Below, in pieces: positions 35,995-48,050 of a stretch of DNA of 64,000 nucleotides. Source of the DNA: Macrostomum lignano (Eukaryota); contig NIVC01003352.1 in the NCBI GenBank assembly GCA_002269645.1, positions 1 through 64,000 on the forward strand, given 5' to 3'. The notes below the pieces were generated by a model. It was not told the origin of the DNA. It worked only from the letters and a program-made list of their open reading frames with translations, and did not search any database. Both the position numbers and the translations under genes were made by a program. The stretch's first letter is position 1. Every line of letters begins with the position of its first letter.

Positions 35995-37957
35995 ATGAGC
36001 TTTCTGCAACGATGCATCTGGCCTCAGGGAAGGTAAGTAAAAATGATTACTCGTTTGAAAAATTAAAATCGTAGCTTTTGCACAGAATTTTCAATATAAT
36101 AAAACCCATTTTGCCCCTCTTTCAGCGACGAGAATTTGCACCTGACAGACAGACAAGACGCCGAGACCCGCTACAGCAGCTGGCTGGTGATGTCGCCCAT
36201 TGAGTTCCCCGGTCGAGAACCCGGGACTGTGACTTTTTCAAGGCGGGTGAGTAACGTCGCTGTAGAGCATTCAAAATTACAGTGGTAGATTTTTTTCATC
36301 ATGACCGGCTTTTGCTGTGAAACGCATTTTAACATAGCTACAAGTAGTTGTATCCTCTGAAAGACCCCGTGGAAGTAGTTGTGTCCTCTGAAAGACCTTG
36401 TGGGAGTAGTTGTGGCCTCTGAAAGACCCCCGTGGAAGTATTTATGTCCTCTGAAAGACCCCGCGAAAGTAGTAGTGGCCTCTGAAAGACCCCGTAGAAG
36501 TAGTTGTGTCCTCTGAAAGACCCCGTGGAAGTAGTTGTGTCCTCTGAAAAACAACGTGGAATAAGTTGTGGCTTCTGAAAGACCCTGTGGAAGTAGTTGT
36601 GTCCTGAAGGCTCTGGACGAAGTGGCGTCCAAAGGACTCAAATATCTTTTCAGGCACTTTTTTCTGATGCATCATCTAATTGTTGCACCTTCTCCGCGAC
36701 ACAGCACTGGAAGCGACAGTTCTTTGAGCTATCGCTGGTCCGCGGCCAGACCACCCAGGACACCAACCGGTTCCATCTGATCTGCTATTCCAAAAACGAT
36801 CGCAACAAGCGACCGAAAGGCTGCATCGATTTGAACACTGTGACGGACCTGCGCAAGATGTCCGTGCCACCGGATGAACTGCTGGCGACGCTGAGCAGGA
36901 AGCATCTCTGCGAGGATTGCCAGTTGATGGATGCCGACCCTAGGCGTCGAGTTCTCATCTGCGATCAGCTGCCGTTCTTCAGCTTCGAGGCGATGTTCGG
37001 CGAGCACCGCGGTCGGGTCTACTTGTTGGCTGAGGATGCCAGGCAGATGCTGGATTGGGTGAGGCTGCTCTGCTCAGTTTTTTGTGCATTTATTCTTGCG
37101 TCTTTTTGAGAAGATTCTCAAACCAAAGAGCACCTTCTCAAGAAGGTGCTTAGAAAAATATGCTCTTTGGTTTGTATCTTTCTGCAGATTTCACAGTTTA
37201 CATCACCAAGCGTTCAACCGACGCTTTCCAGGTGCGCCAATTAAGCTCCGCTTGCGGCATGCCAGACGCTCAAAACGCACAACCCCTAGGGATGCCACAT
37301 GCCATTCCATCACCGGTACCGCCTGTAGCTCCGCTTCTGCCAATTCCTCGACCTTGGGGCGGTGAAGTCAACGCCAACACTAACCGGCGTCGCTCTGGCA
37401 GTCCAGATGGCCGCCACCAGCCTGTTGTTGACTCGGCTGTCGACTTTGAAATCTACAACAGTTCGGCTTTAGCTGATTTAGCTGACGAGACCTACGGAGT
37501 TGTTGGGGGAAATCAATCAGCTGACGAGACCTACGGAGTTGTTGGGGGAAATCAATCAGCTGACGAGACCTACGGCAATCTGCTGAGCTCAAGCCGCGAT
37601 GACACCTATGGAGAACTGCTGAACACAACCGGAGATGACACCTACGGAGATTTTCGAAACGCTGGCAGTCAAGAGGACGACGGCCTCTACGGGCGTATTG
37701 ATGCTGCCAGTCTAAAAAAGAAAATGATGACGACAACTGCGCCCGGGGCGGCGGTAGCCAGGGAGAGCGTCGATAGCGGCGCATTCGACGCGCCGCCGAG
37801 CATCGCGCCGCGCCAGTTCCGGCCGCAGAATAGCGGCAAAGGCGTAGTCAGGCAGTCGTCTACAGACTACGAAAACCTCAACCAGCTTAGTGCGTTGGTT
37901 CGCACCGCTAATGCACCAGATAATGTGTACGGCAACGTGTCGGACATGCAAAAGTGA
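35995..37957 (+). CDS. Gab/DOS-family-like PH-domain docking protein; exons 35995-36032, 36126-36246, 36705-37083, 37188-37957 (~435 aa)
   Basis: PH domain TRYSSWLVMSP..|HWKRQFFEL..HLICYSKNDRNKRPKGCIDLN..RVYLLAEDARQMLDWVRLLCSV parallels Gab1 (SGWLRKSP/WKRRWFVL/KKPIRIIDLN/FYLVADSEEEMNKWVRCIC); tail carries multiple Tyr motifs. The exon 3 donor (t|gtgcat) is weak and uncertain. Confidence 0.75.
36345..36605. repeat. 31-bp minisatellite, ~8 copies, in Gab-like intron 2
   Basis: Unit gtcctctgaaagaccccgtggaagtagttgt. Confidence 0.9.
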
Positions 37958-38989
37958 CCTTCTGCCGCAGTTTGCTCACTTGCAAAAACACTCTGTGGAT
38001 TGTCAATTTTCCTCCTGTGGTTTCTTCTCATCGAACATCTATACGTAATGAATGGCTTCAATCAATTCAATACGCCCAGTGAATTTTTGTATTGCACACG
38101 TGAATTTCGGCGACTGTTAACAGAACACAAAAATAAGCTTAATTAACGTAGGATAGCATGCAGGGTTTAGACAGAATTATCTTTAATCTTTAATCCATAA
38201 AATCACATGACGAAATTTTTCCTTAGTTATTTGATGGCTGTGTGAATGAGCCTTCCCTTTGAGAATTCATTTGATATATATGATCCGGTGTGTCAATTAT
38301 GACTTCATTAACGAAGACTCTAAATTTTAGTTTAATTTGCGAGCGTACTACTATAGTACGAGCGAATATCCGAGTTTTAGGGATTTTTAGCCTTTTATAA
38401 AGGTGAAAATCATTTGAATTTAGGATAGGCTTCCCTTCCAAGCAAAAAGCTTCCATTTTGTCATTGTATTTTTGCTAAGCTAGACTTTTAACTATATGAT
38501 AAAATTAAATTTAAAAAGTCGAAAACTTTTTTAAGAAATTAACTGTTGTAAATTTTTCAGTGCCTTTCTGGCTGTAATTTTAACTACTTAAATAATTACA
38601 CTATGTATTGAAAATCTATATTAAGCACTAATTTTGTACATATTTCTCTGCAAATTTCTATACAAAACTAATAAAAATTAAACGAAACTGGCTAAGATAT
38701 TTCTCCCTCTCTGTAGTTACGTCTCAACAGTTTAAACAGTTAAGCCAAATCCAAGGACGATTTTAATTCATAATTTAGCAGTCATTGTAATTCATACTTT
38801 TTAAATAAATTTGATAGAAATCCTCAAATAATAGAGATGAATTATTAACCATTGTTAATGATGTTACTAAAATTATTTAAGAAGTTATTAGTTATAAGTT
38901 ATTTAAACGAGCGTAAGTTACTAAATAATTAAAATAAAACGATATAATTGTACTAATGTGGCAAGTCATGTTTGAGCCATGGATCGTGC

Positions 38990-39423
38990 TCTGTGTGTCA
39001 GATGACATCGAGGCTGCAATTTTATGCCGAGACGCTGATGGACAGGTGACGGAGCTTCCGCGTTGTCAGCAGTTCGTCTACCTCGGCCAAGCGACCTGTT
39101 GCGCTGTCGGCGACTTCAGTTGGCAGGCCACATCATCCACGCAGAGTCGTACTGCCCACAGCCGGTGCAGGAGGTGCTTCTGCTGCCGGAGTCCAACAGG
39201 CGCAGACCGGCTGTGGCGCGCAGCGCTACGCAGGTGACGGCGCGTTGCGGCTCCGGCAGCTGCAGGCACCCTACCGGCGGGGGCAGGCCCGCACTCGGCG
39301 TTTCGTCGACTGCCTGCTGGCTGACGCCGGCGCCCCGGATTCGGTCGGCGGCATGGCTTTCGTTCGCGACCTGGCCCTGAGGCGCGCCCTGTGACGTTGA
39401 CCGCGTATTTTGTTGTTGTTGTG
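38990..39423 (+). mobile_element. Internally deleted non-LTR retrotransposon (RTE-like) 3' fragment with (GTT)n tail
   Basis: ELPRCQQFVYLG (late RT motif) joined to PRPSDLLRCRRLQLAGHII (RTE-type C-terminus); ends ttgttgttgttg. Confidence 0.7.
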
Positions 39424-39520
39424 TCGCTGCAAATAATATAATGAGTTTCCTAGGTACTTGGCACCACCATTGTGCATCCCAAGGCTACAACAAGAACTAA
39501 TATCCAGTCCAGAAATTTTC

Positions 39521-40485
39521 ATTATTATTAAACAGACACTGGCACAGGGGGGTCAGCAAAGCACCTGTTGGTGGAAAACAGCTGAGTCCAGCGTAGCTGC
39601 AGACTGAGGGGTCAGGCACAGAGCCTGCAAGTCAGAGAGCAAAGTGTCAGCCAGAGTGGTGCAGCGGGCCTGGCCGCGCGGCAGAGTCTCCCACAGGGCC
39701 GGCTGAGCAGCTGGTCGGCCAGCGGGGGCCCGGCGTTCCGTGCATGGGCACGCACACAGTGGCCGATCAACATCTGGCGTCGCCTCTGCAGAGTGCGGCC
39801 AAAGGGCGGCACGCTGGTCCGGCCCGCCAGCTCGGCGTTGCTCAGGCACTTCCAGGGCGTTGTGCACGAGATGGCGATGGCAGGCCTCCAAGCTCGTCTC
39901 ACAAGTGGCCGTCATGGAAACAGCCTCCAGCCCGTAGGTCAACTGCCCAGCGGAATAGGGCGACCTTCAGGCTGTCGGTGGCGAGCCGGCAATTGAAGAT
40001 AGAGCGGAAAAATTGGGAGGCCCGCCAAGCCTGCTGCTAACGGTTGTTGACAATGGCATCCGGGTCAGTGACCAGGACGCCCAAATACTTGAACTAGTTG
40101 CACTGGGCGATGGTGTTGCCGTCCGGTATGTTGTCCTCTGTCTTGCCGTAGTTGATTTGGAGCCACATGCGTCTCCCCTCATCAGTCAGCCGACTCACCG
40201 CCCTCTACGCAGCTTTGGGGCTGCAGCAGATCAGCGCCAGGTCGTTGGGTTAGGCGAGGCAGGTCAGCTTGACACAGGGAAAGCGGAAGCCGTCTTCATC
40301 CCGCAGAGCCAACCCCATGAGGTAGTCGATCAGGAAGACAAATAAAAATGGGGATAAGGTGTCCTCTTGCCGGACCCCCGGGTGGTGGCAAATTCAAATG
40401 TAGGGCCGTGGTCAGTCTGGACAACAGCCTTGGACGAGCTGTAGAGGTCCATGATTGCCTGGACTAGCAGCTGAGGAACTCAATG
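39521..40485 (-). mobile_element. 5'-truncated degenerate RTE-like LINE with RT motifs and (TAA)n tail
   Basis: Minus strand: VPQLLVQAIMDLY..GVRQEDTLSPFLFVFLIDYLM..LTCLA*PNDLAL; TYGLEAVSMT..; SNAEL..LQRRRQMLIGHC; tail taataataatg at 39521-39531. Confidence 0.85.
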
Positions 40486-40489
40486 GGTC

Positions 40490-40565
40490 TACGGCTGCCT
40501 CGTCTGCCAACTCATTGCCGACCAGGCTTACCGTGGGCTGAGACCCACTGCAACCGGACAGCTTC
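40490..40565 (-). pseudogene. RNase H fragment of a retroelement
   Basis: RLQWVSAH / VGNELADEAA (frameshifted), resembling the QWVPAH..GNE.AD motif. Confidence 0.55.
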
Positions 40566-41443
40566 AGACGGCTTCGAAGTGCTGGGTCTGTGGGCGCTTC
40601 AGAGAACGACTGACTTAAAAAAGAAATCAGTCACGCGTTAGTAGAGAAAATATTGCAACAGCTTGAAATAATTTTTAGTGCGAAGCCAGTCGCAGGCGAG
40701 GGTGAGCGTCCGCCTTTCTTCGTCAAAGCTGCATGTTAGGGAGGCCTTACGTGCAGCGATCGTCTCGATAATGGCAGGCTTAGCGGGATCTCCGCAGCAG
40801 AGTCACCCACGTCCCACGCAACGCGTCATCCAGACGGACCTTTTGGCGTCGGGGTGGTTCAACCGATGGCGGACGCCACCGGGCTTCCCAAAATCGAACG
40901 CAAATCAATCAACGGGCATGGGCTAGAGATACAAATAACATGCACATGCACACGCACAGTAAAGCACTTCAGTCATCGGTCGACAGACAGGAGTTCCGCA
41001 AAATCCTAGCGTACCGGTAACAACGGAACGCGCACAAAATTGACACGAAGAAATAGTTGATGATCAAAAGTGTTCACGTTTCTGCATGCTGCACCATCGA
41101 GAGTAGGGGTTGTTCAACAAACGGAGGAGATATTCAAGTATTTTAAACCTGTCAAAAACTATAAACTACACTAATCACTATTCAAAGCTTAAACAAGTTT
41201 CCCTGTCTAAATTCCTTATAGTTGGCAAAACTACGCATTAAGTGATATTATAAAGTGAATTACCAGCGCTCGTAAATGAAATCCGATGAAATTTCTATAG
41301 AAACAATCTGCCATAGACAAAACCTGTTCGATTCGGAATGATTAATCTATTAAATAAATCTTCAGCTCGAATTACTCGGGCTACGAGCTATGCAAGTTCT
41401 TATATTCGGTTGAAACAGACTAAATACTATATAGGACTAGAGA

Positions 41444-44400
41444 ATGTTTAGCAACAACAGTAAAGTTGAAGTTCAAAAGAAGTTGAGATTAAAGTCCACC
41501 AATCGGCTCTCCCCAGCTCTGTGGCCAGTTAAGGCTTCGGTTAAGCGTTTCGAGGAAGTTGACGAAGGATGCCAGTCGGTGGCGGTTCCGCGGTGCGCCA
41601 GTCGTTTGGAGACGCTGGCGTACGCCGTCCTCTTTGCGGCGGCGTTTATCTACGGAGCCTACGACTTCTATGAGGCCATTGGGTCGCAGCCAAATCTAGG
41701 TAATTAATTGGTTGACTTCCTTTCGCTTGATGAAATATGAAATATGAGATTGGTAATTTTTGGTGTTTAAAATGGCGTTCATTGGAATCGAAATGTCACT
41801 CATTAGATTCGAAATGGCACCTTTATATCCTATTAATCCCATACACATTTTTTATTTATAGAGCCATGAATGTTTGAGTTCGAGGTGTGACGCATTAACT
41901 ATTTATACATATGCGATTCTCTTTTCATTGCAGTTCTGCCAGCGGAGCAGCTCACCGCTGGATGGCTTGCCGATTGGCAGGTGAGGCAAAATATATTGCT
42001 ATGCCAAAAGTTTGAATGCAACTGTTAAATCAAAATCTTCATAGTAATTGTAATATATTCATAAACCAAGACACTTACAATTATATACACTTTGGAATTG
42101 ACAGGAATCTCTGTCGATACCGTTGGAGTCGGAAATGATGGCCGGTTATAAATATTACTTGCTCGCTTGTCTCGGATTTCTGCTGGTCAGTCAGTTGACT
42201 CTTCGATTAGCGCCGAGATGGGTGAGCTAATTAGCATTTTTAATGAGACTGTACAGCTGTTGCACTGTTCACAAGTGCCCTTTATCCTGTTCTCAAGTGT
42301 TCTCTAACCTGTTCTCAAGTGTCCTCAAACCTATTCTCAAGTGTCCTCAAACCTGTTCTCAAGTGTCCTCAAACCTGTTCTCAAGTGTCCTCTAACTTGT
42401 TCTCAAGTGTCCTCAAACCTATTCTCAAGTGTCCTCAAACCTGTTCTCAAGTGTCCAACACTCCGTAGTCAAGTGCTCTACACCCTGTTTTTGGATGTCC
42501 ACCACACAATGCAAAAATATCGTAAACGCTCCTGTTGTTCTCGTAGTCCTCTATAACCTAATCTGCTCATCTCTCATATTGACGGTCTCAAAATATGAAT
42601 TCAGGTTCACTACCTATCAACCGCTGGGTGTACATTCGCTGCGACAGTCCTGGTGATTGGCGCCAGAAAATCGCTGTACCTGCTGCTGCTGTTCTGCGGT
42701 GAGATCGTCCTGGCTTATTTTTCTTGGGCCGCCGTTTGGGCGCTGGGACTGGCAGCTCTGATGCTGCAGAATTCAAATCACTGGATTGACATTCTTGACA
42801 CTGGCACTCTCAGTCAAAAAGGCTACATGGAATCTCTGTTCTACCCAATCTCTGGCTACCTGTACTGCCGCTGCATCTCCGCTGGACTCAGCCTCAACCA
42901 AATGCTGCGGGACCAGAGACGCCAACCTGCAGATGAGGCACAGCAGCTGAGCCTGCTCCAGTTCCTTAGACTGCACCTTCCCGAGCTTTGGCTTACGGAT
43001 TTTACCTGCCCTGGCACTTTTCCGGCCCGATCCTCACCTTTGCTGACTTCTGTCGGGAGGCTGAGAGACCCGACAGGCTGGTGTGGAAGCCGAACCTGCT
43101 GCTGCTGCTGGCGTGGCGAGCGACTCGCCTGTTGGTGTGGATGCTGCTGCTTCAGGTGCTGCATCATTTCCTACCTGTTGGAGCATTTCTGGAGAGCATT
43201 CGGTCTTACGAGTCCGTGCCCTACAAGCGGCTCGTGTTTTCAATGTACCTGCATGGCCAGAACTTCATGCTGGTATACGTGCAGCTGTACGGCTGGCCGG
43301 GTCTCGTGTCCAGCATTGACGGAGTCGAGCTGCCGCACTGGCCCGACTGCATCAGCCGGGTCTATACTTACAGGCAGATGTGGCGCGTGTTCGACAGGGG
43401 GCTGGCCTCCTTCATGTACAGCCACATCTACATCCCCATGGGAGGCAGTCGGCACGGCATTGTGAGACAGGTAGCTGCTGTGGCTGCCAGCTTCGCCTTT
43501 GTCTCCATCTACCACGGCGACTCAACCAGCGTCCGCATCTGGGCTGCGCTGAACGCGGTTCATTTACTGCTGGAGATTGCGGCCTGCAGGCTGTACGAAT
43601 GGAAGCTGAAGGCTTGGCTGGTGAGGTGGCAATTGTTTCCATGTTATGTATATCAGGATAGCCCCGCTTTTCTTATTAAATAAAGCAAAATTCGTCAACA
43701 GGTTTGGCTCTTGAATGACGAAAGTAGCGGGTTGCTAACCTGACCATTCTCGGTGGGGCTTGTGCGTGAGCGACATCCTTAAGCTTTTACACAGACACGG
43801 CGCGTAGCAAAAGAGGGATTTGTTTTGTAAACTGCAAATCAAAGTTTTGCATGTTTACTCAATCTAAATACTCACCCTTAACTAAGGCATAGCTAGCTCC
43901 CTCGTCTGTATACTTGTATGCAAGAGTATAAAGTACTCTTAGCTATTAATAACTAACCATTGAACCGGGTGAACCCTGTCTGATGGGCAGTTCTTGTGCT
44001 TGCACTTAATGAGACAGCAGGTTCACAGACAGCTCGGTGGGAAGAGCCCGAAAACGGACCCTTCCAAACCCCTCAGTGGGAAATGGAAATTTTCAACTTA
44101 TTCTGGTGGCCCGAGATTTATTTCCTCATAAACCAGACGACCGAAATTCCGTATGAAAATATATTAAACTACCCATCTAGGGCTTTGGGGCGCCCAATAA
44201 GCAAGGAAAAAATAATTCAAGGAAAACAATTAAAATAGCAAATTTTCTTAAAAAACCAATTCCTTCTTCAATTTTATAAATCACCTTATTCATTCAAGTA
44301 AAACTGTCACGGACAAAGATGCTTGCTATGAATTTCTTTTTTTTATAAAACTAACCAAAAGACAACAAAATAAAGCTTTCACAAAGATAGCAGGCATTCC

Positions 44401-46776
44401 CCCTAAATAGAAAACATCCCCACGGATAGCAAGCATCCCCCAGATAGCAAGCATCCCCCAGATAGCAAGCATCCCCCAGATAGCAAGCATCCCCCAGATA
44501 GCAAGCATCCCCCAGATAGCAAGCATCCCCCAGATAGCAAGCATCCCCCAGATAGCAAGCATCCCCCAGATAGCAAGCATCCCCCAGATAGCAAGCATCC
44601 CCCAGATAGCAAGCATCCCCAGAAAGCAAGCATCCCCCAGATAGCAAGCATCCCCCAGAAAGCAAGCATCCCCAGAAAGCAAGCATCCCCCAGAAAGCAA
44701 GCATCCCCCAGATAGCAAGCATCCCCCAGATAGCAAGCATCCCCCAGAAAGCAAGCATCCCCCAGAAAGCAAGCATCCCCCAGATAGCAAGCATCCCCCA
44801 GATAACAAGCATCCCCAGAAAGCAAGCATCCCCCAGAAAGCAAGCATCCCCCAGAAAGCAAGCATCCCCCAGATAACAAGCACCCCCAGATAGCAAGCAT
44901 CCCCCAGATAGCAAGCATCCCCCAGAAAGCAAGCATCCCCCAGAAAGCAAGCATCCCCCAGATAACAAGCACCCCCCAGATAGCAAGCATCCCCCAGATA
45001 ACAAGCATCCCCCAGAAAGCAAGCATCCCCAGAAAGCAAGCATCCCCCAGAAAGCAAGCATCCCCCAGAAAGCAAGCATCCCCCAGATAGCAAGCATCCC
45101 CCAGAAAGCAAGCATCCCCCAGAAAGCAAGCATCCCCCAGATAGCAAGCATCCCCCAGATAACAAGCATCCCCCAGATAGCAAGCATCCCCAGAAAGCAA
45201 GCATCCCCCAGATAGCAAGCATCCCCCAGATAGCAAGCATCCCCCAGAAAGCAAGCATCCCCCAGAAAGCAAGCATCCCCCAGATAGCAAGCATCCCCCA
45301 GATAACAAGCATCCCCCAGATAGCAAGCATCCCCCAGAAAGCAAGCATCCCCCAGATAGCAAGCATCCCCTTTGAACGACCTTTGAATCGTTGCAATATT
45401 ATTATTATAAAATGAAACTAACCGATTTCAGAGTCGCCGCGTTAGTCCCGCCAACCACCAGCGCCTGGTGGCCTACATTATCGGCTTCAATCTGGCCGTG
45501 ACATCCTGCTTCATTTTTGTCTTCCTAATTGGCGACGTATCTGCGCTGCTGTTTATAGTCGAAATTTTCAAGCCTCTACTGCTTTACAGTGAGTTGTAAT
45601 TCCAATTTTTCCGGGTGTAGAAGCTCGAACTCAAGGCTGCGCAACAATTTTAATTATGCCAATCCCATTAAACAAGTCAGCACCAAGTGCCACAATTAAG
45701 TGCTGTAACCAACCAGAATACCTGATTTGAAAATTCTGTAAAATCAACTTGATTGGCTGTATTGTCGATGACCGAGTGTTGTCCTGTGGCGGTGGCTTAT
45801 AGTCACGCAAGTATTCAAAGATAATGGCCGCCACATTGACAACTGTTAGTAGAAGGACGCTAAAAATTCGATTTTCTTAGAAATGAGCTGGATTTTCTCG
45901 AGCATATCTGTCTATGACACAAATTCAGCACTACGCTTTCTCATGAGAAAGGGAATGTGAACTTAGAGTCAAAATGGAGCCCCAAACATTCCTATTCCGG
46001 TTTCTCTGCGTCTACGCCAATCCCTTTAAGTAGCTCCCGTTGTTCCTGAAACCGACCACTTTAGCATTTGGGGATCTCTATGGGGAGAAATTGGATAAAT
46101 TATTATTCATGTGAACCAAAAGCTCTAGAATGGAGCCTGAAGCATTGGGTCCCGGTTCCTCTATGTCAATCCCTTAATTTGGAGCTTCAAATGCTTAAAT
46201 GACGAGATGACCACGATAAACGCTCTTTGTTTGTATGAAGAATTGTAGCGATAGTTATCTTTTAACAATGTGTCTGTTATCCTCCTACCCAAGCTCTCAT
46301 TGTGTTACCTCGCCTTGATGGAGACACATTATAGACAGATGATTTCTACCTCGACGAAGTGGAGGGTTAACTCGACGTTTCAAGACGTTTCGGAAGGCTT
46401 CCGATCACATGAAATCCCCATTTCTCCCCATAGAGATCCCCAAATTCTAATTGGTGGTCGGTTTTTGAGATAACGGGAGCTATTTGGCTCGAAATGAAGG
46501 GATTGGCGTAGAAAAATCGGGACCGAATGTTTGAGTGTAGCCGCCTTCTACTTCAGCTGTCCATGGGCCGCTAATCTAGAGAGTAAAGGGATCCGTGATC
46601 TAGAATACATTAGATCTACAACTACATCAACGATCCACTGCATTGCAGGACCCTGGTGGCATCTGTTTGTGGGCCTATTATTGACCTATTTCACTGTCCA
46701 ACTGTCTCTCCGATACGAAGAATGCGTCGAGGCTAAGAGAAAGAAAGTCAACAAGGTCTGTCAGAAAATTAATTGA
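41444..46776 (+). CDS. hhat: Hedgehog acyltransferase-like MBOAT (HHAT/rasp), copy 1; exons 41444-41699, 41934-41980, 42105-42221, 42605-43620, 45432-45588, 46649-46776; 1-bp deletion at ~42980
   Basis: MWRVFDRGLASFMYSHIYIPMGGSRHG and FAFVSIYHGD..WAALN match HHAT (MWRYFDVGLHNFLIRYVYIPVGGS; FAFVSYWHG..WAALN) with the catalytic His retained; exon structure matches copy 2; start codon uncertain. Confidence 0.85.
42280..42456. repeat. 22-bp minisatellite, ~8 copies, in HHAT-1 intron 3
   Basis: Unit ttctcaagtgtcctcaaacctg. Confidence 0.9.
44425..45370. repeat. 18-19-bp minisatellite, ~50 copies, in HHAT-1 intron 4
   Basis: Unit agcaagcatcccccaga(t/a)a. Confidence 0.96.
46011..46512. mobile_element. 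MITE-like element with ~105-bp imperfect inverted repeats, in HHAT-1 intron 5
   Basis: 46011-46115 (tctacgccaatccctt..ggggatctctatggggagaaat..ttcatgtga) is the reverse complement of 46404-46512. Confidence 0.75.
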
Positions 46777-47219
46777 TCTGAAACACCTGGAAACATATTC
46801 AAATTCATATATCAATAATTCATTCACAGATCCGTATGAAACATGACTGCTAAATATTGAATAATATTTTATTTACTTAGTTAACTACTATTCCCCATCA
46901 ACCTGAACCAATATGTTGATTATTCGGATTAGCAAGGTGACTGTAATTTTCCCAAGTGCTTATCCTGCTTTGATTTGAATAAATAATCCTGAAGCTTACT
47001 GTATGAGTTCTAATCTGAACTTAAATTAATGCGTCTCGTGGATAGACTACAGCACAAGCAAACATTAATGAATATATATAGTCACTGAAGTCTAACAATC
47101 TATTGAATAAAAATCTGATCGGCATACAAACAGCTCTCCCAATTAAACTTTAGTGAATTTGAGTCATCCGTTCTCTTTTATATATGAGCTGAGTGAAGGG
47201 TAAATATAAATAAATAAGG

Positions 47220-47470
47220 ATAACAATGGCAGAAGAGCTGTGGGGCGACCTGGCGCAATGCCCTCGGCAACATGGTCCCACAGCCAGTGCTGACACCAAT
47301 TCTGCCCATCCCGCTGGCTCCTGAGCACATGCAAGCGCGCCAATACTGTACGCAGGCACGCACTCACACACACGCTCACACAGGGTGTACAGCGGCCCTG
47401 ACTTACCTGATCGTCAATCATGTACACTGTCTGTGCCTTGGGGTTTGGCACTCATGGCTGTGAATCGCAT
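47220..47470 (-). mobile_element. SINE family B body, head degenerate or missing
   Basis: Shares aaggc(a/g)cag..gtgtacatg..gggccgc..gtgtgcctgcgtac..gcgcgcttg..gctcagg..gcgg(g/a)atgggcag with 54362-54706. Confidence 0.65.
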
Positions 47471-48050
47471 GACCCGGTGTCAAAAAAAAATGGTCCGAAT
47501 GACGTCCTGAAATCAGAGTCCTCTGGTACGCATTATGTACAAAGTTTTATAGTCGAAATGACGTCCGTTTGCTACTGACGCGGGACTATTTTAGTACTGG
47601 GAAATTTGTCTTCTATTCTACTATTAGTAGAAAATGAAACTTTTTTGTTTCTATACAATACAGTACGGTGTTTAGGGTTGGTTGCTGAAATTTACTTGTT
47701 TATTTTTATTTCAATTATTTGCTGCAAAGGTTAACCACTTCTGGCCAACAGAAAATATTTTACGGTATATACAGTATACTGAGTATAAATGTTTACGAGC
47801 AAACGTACTTATTACCAGGAAAGGAAAATAGCAAAATTTTTAATGATCGGAAATAAGAATAAAACGCAGATTAAAAGTTATTGAAATAGTTACTAAACTT
47901 ACTCGAAATACACTACAGCTACAGTAAAATTTAAACCTGTCGCCCAACAAGTCGTTACTAAGCAGAAATACATGTAAAAACTAGCGAGAAACGAAGCAAA
48001 AGCATGGTTTTTAAAATCTGTCAGTCTTCTAATCATCGTCGCTACTGGAA

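Noticed and set aside
42773-43661. Extra ORFs overlapping HHAT exon 4 (and their twins at 51098-52212)
   Set aside because: Alternative-frame or antisense shadows of the GC-rich HHAT exon; duplicated only because the exon is duplicated.
44326-45396. GGCLLS/MLAIWG repeat ORFs, and the Ser/Leu/Pro ORFs at 24842-25738, 48813-49340 and 58416-59176
   Set aside because: Artefacts of the 19-bp array and of GA/CT low-complexity DNA.
46330-46410. Hammerhead ribozyme candidate (minus strand ggaagccttccgaaacgtc); also ctgatga hits at 25915, 28098 and 35043
   Set aside because: The CUGANGA core is not correctly adjacent to a stem II plus GAAA in any case.
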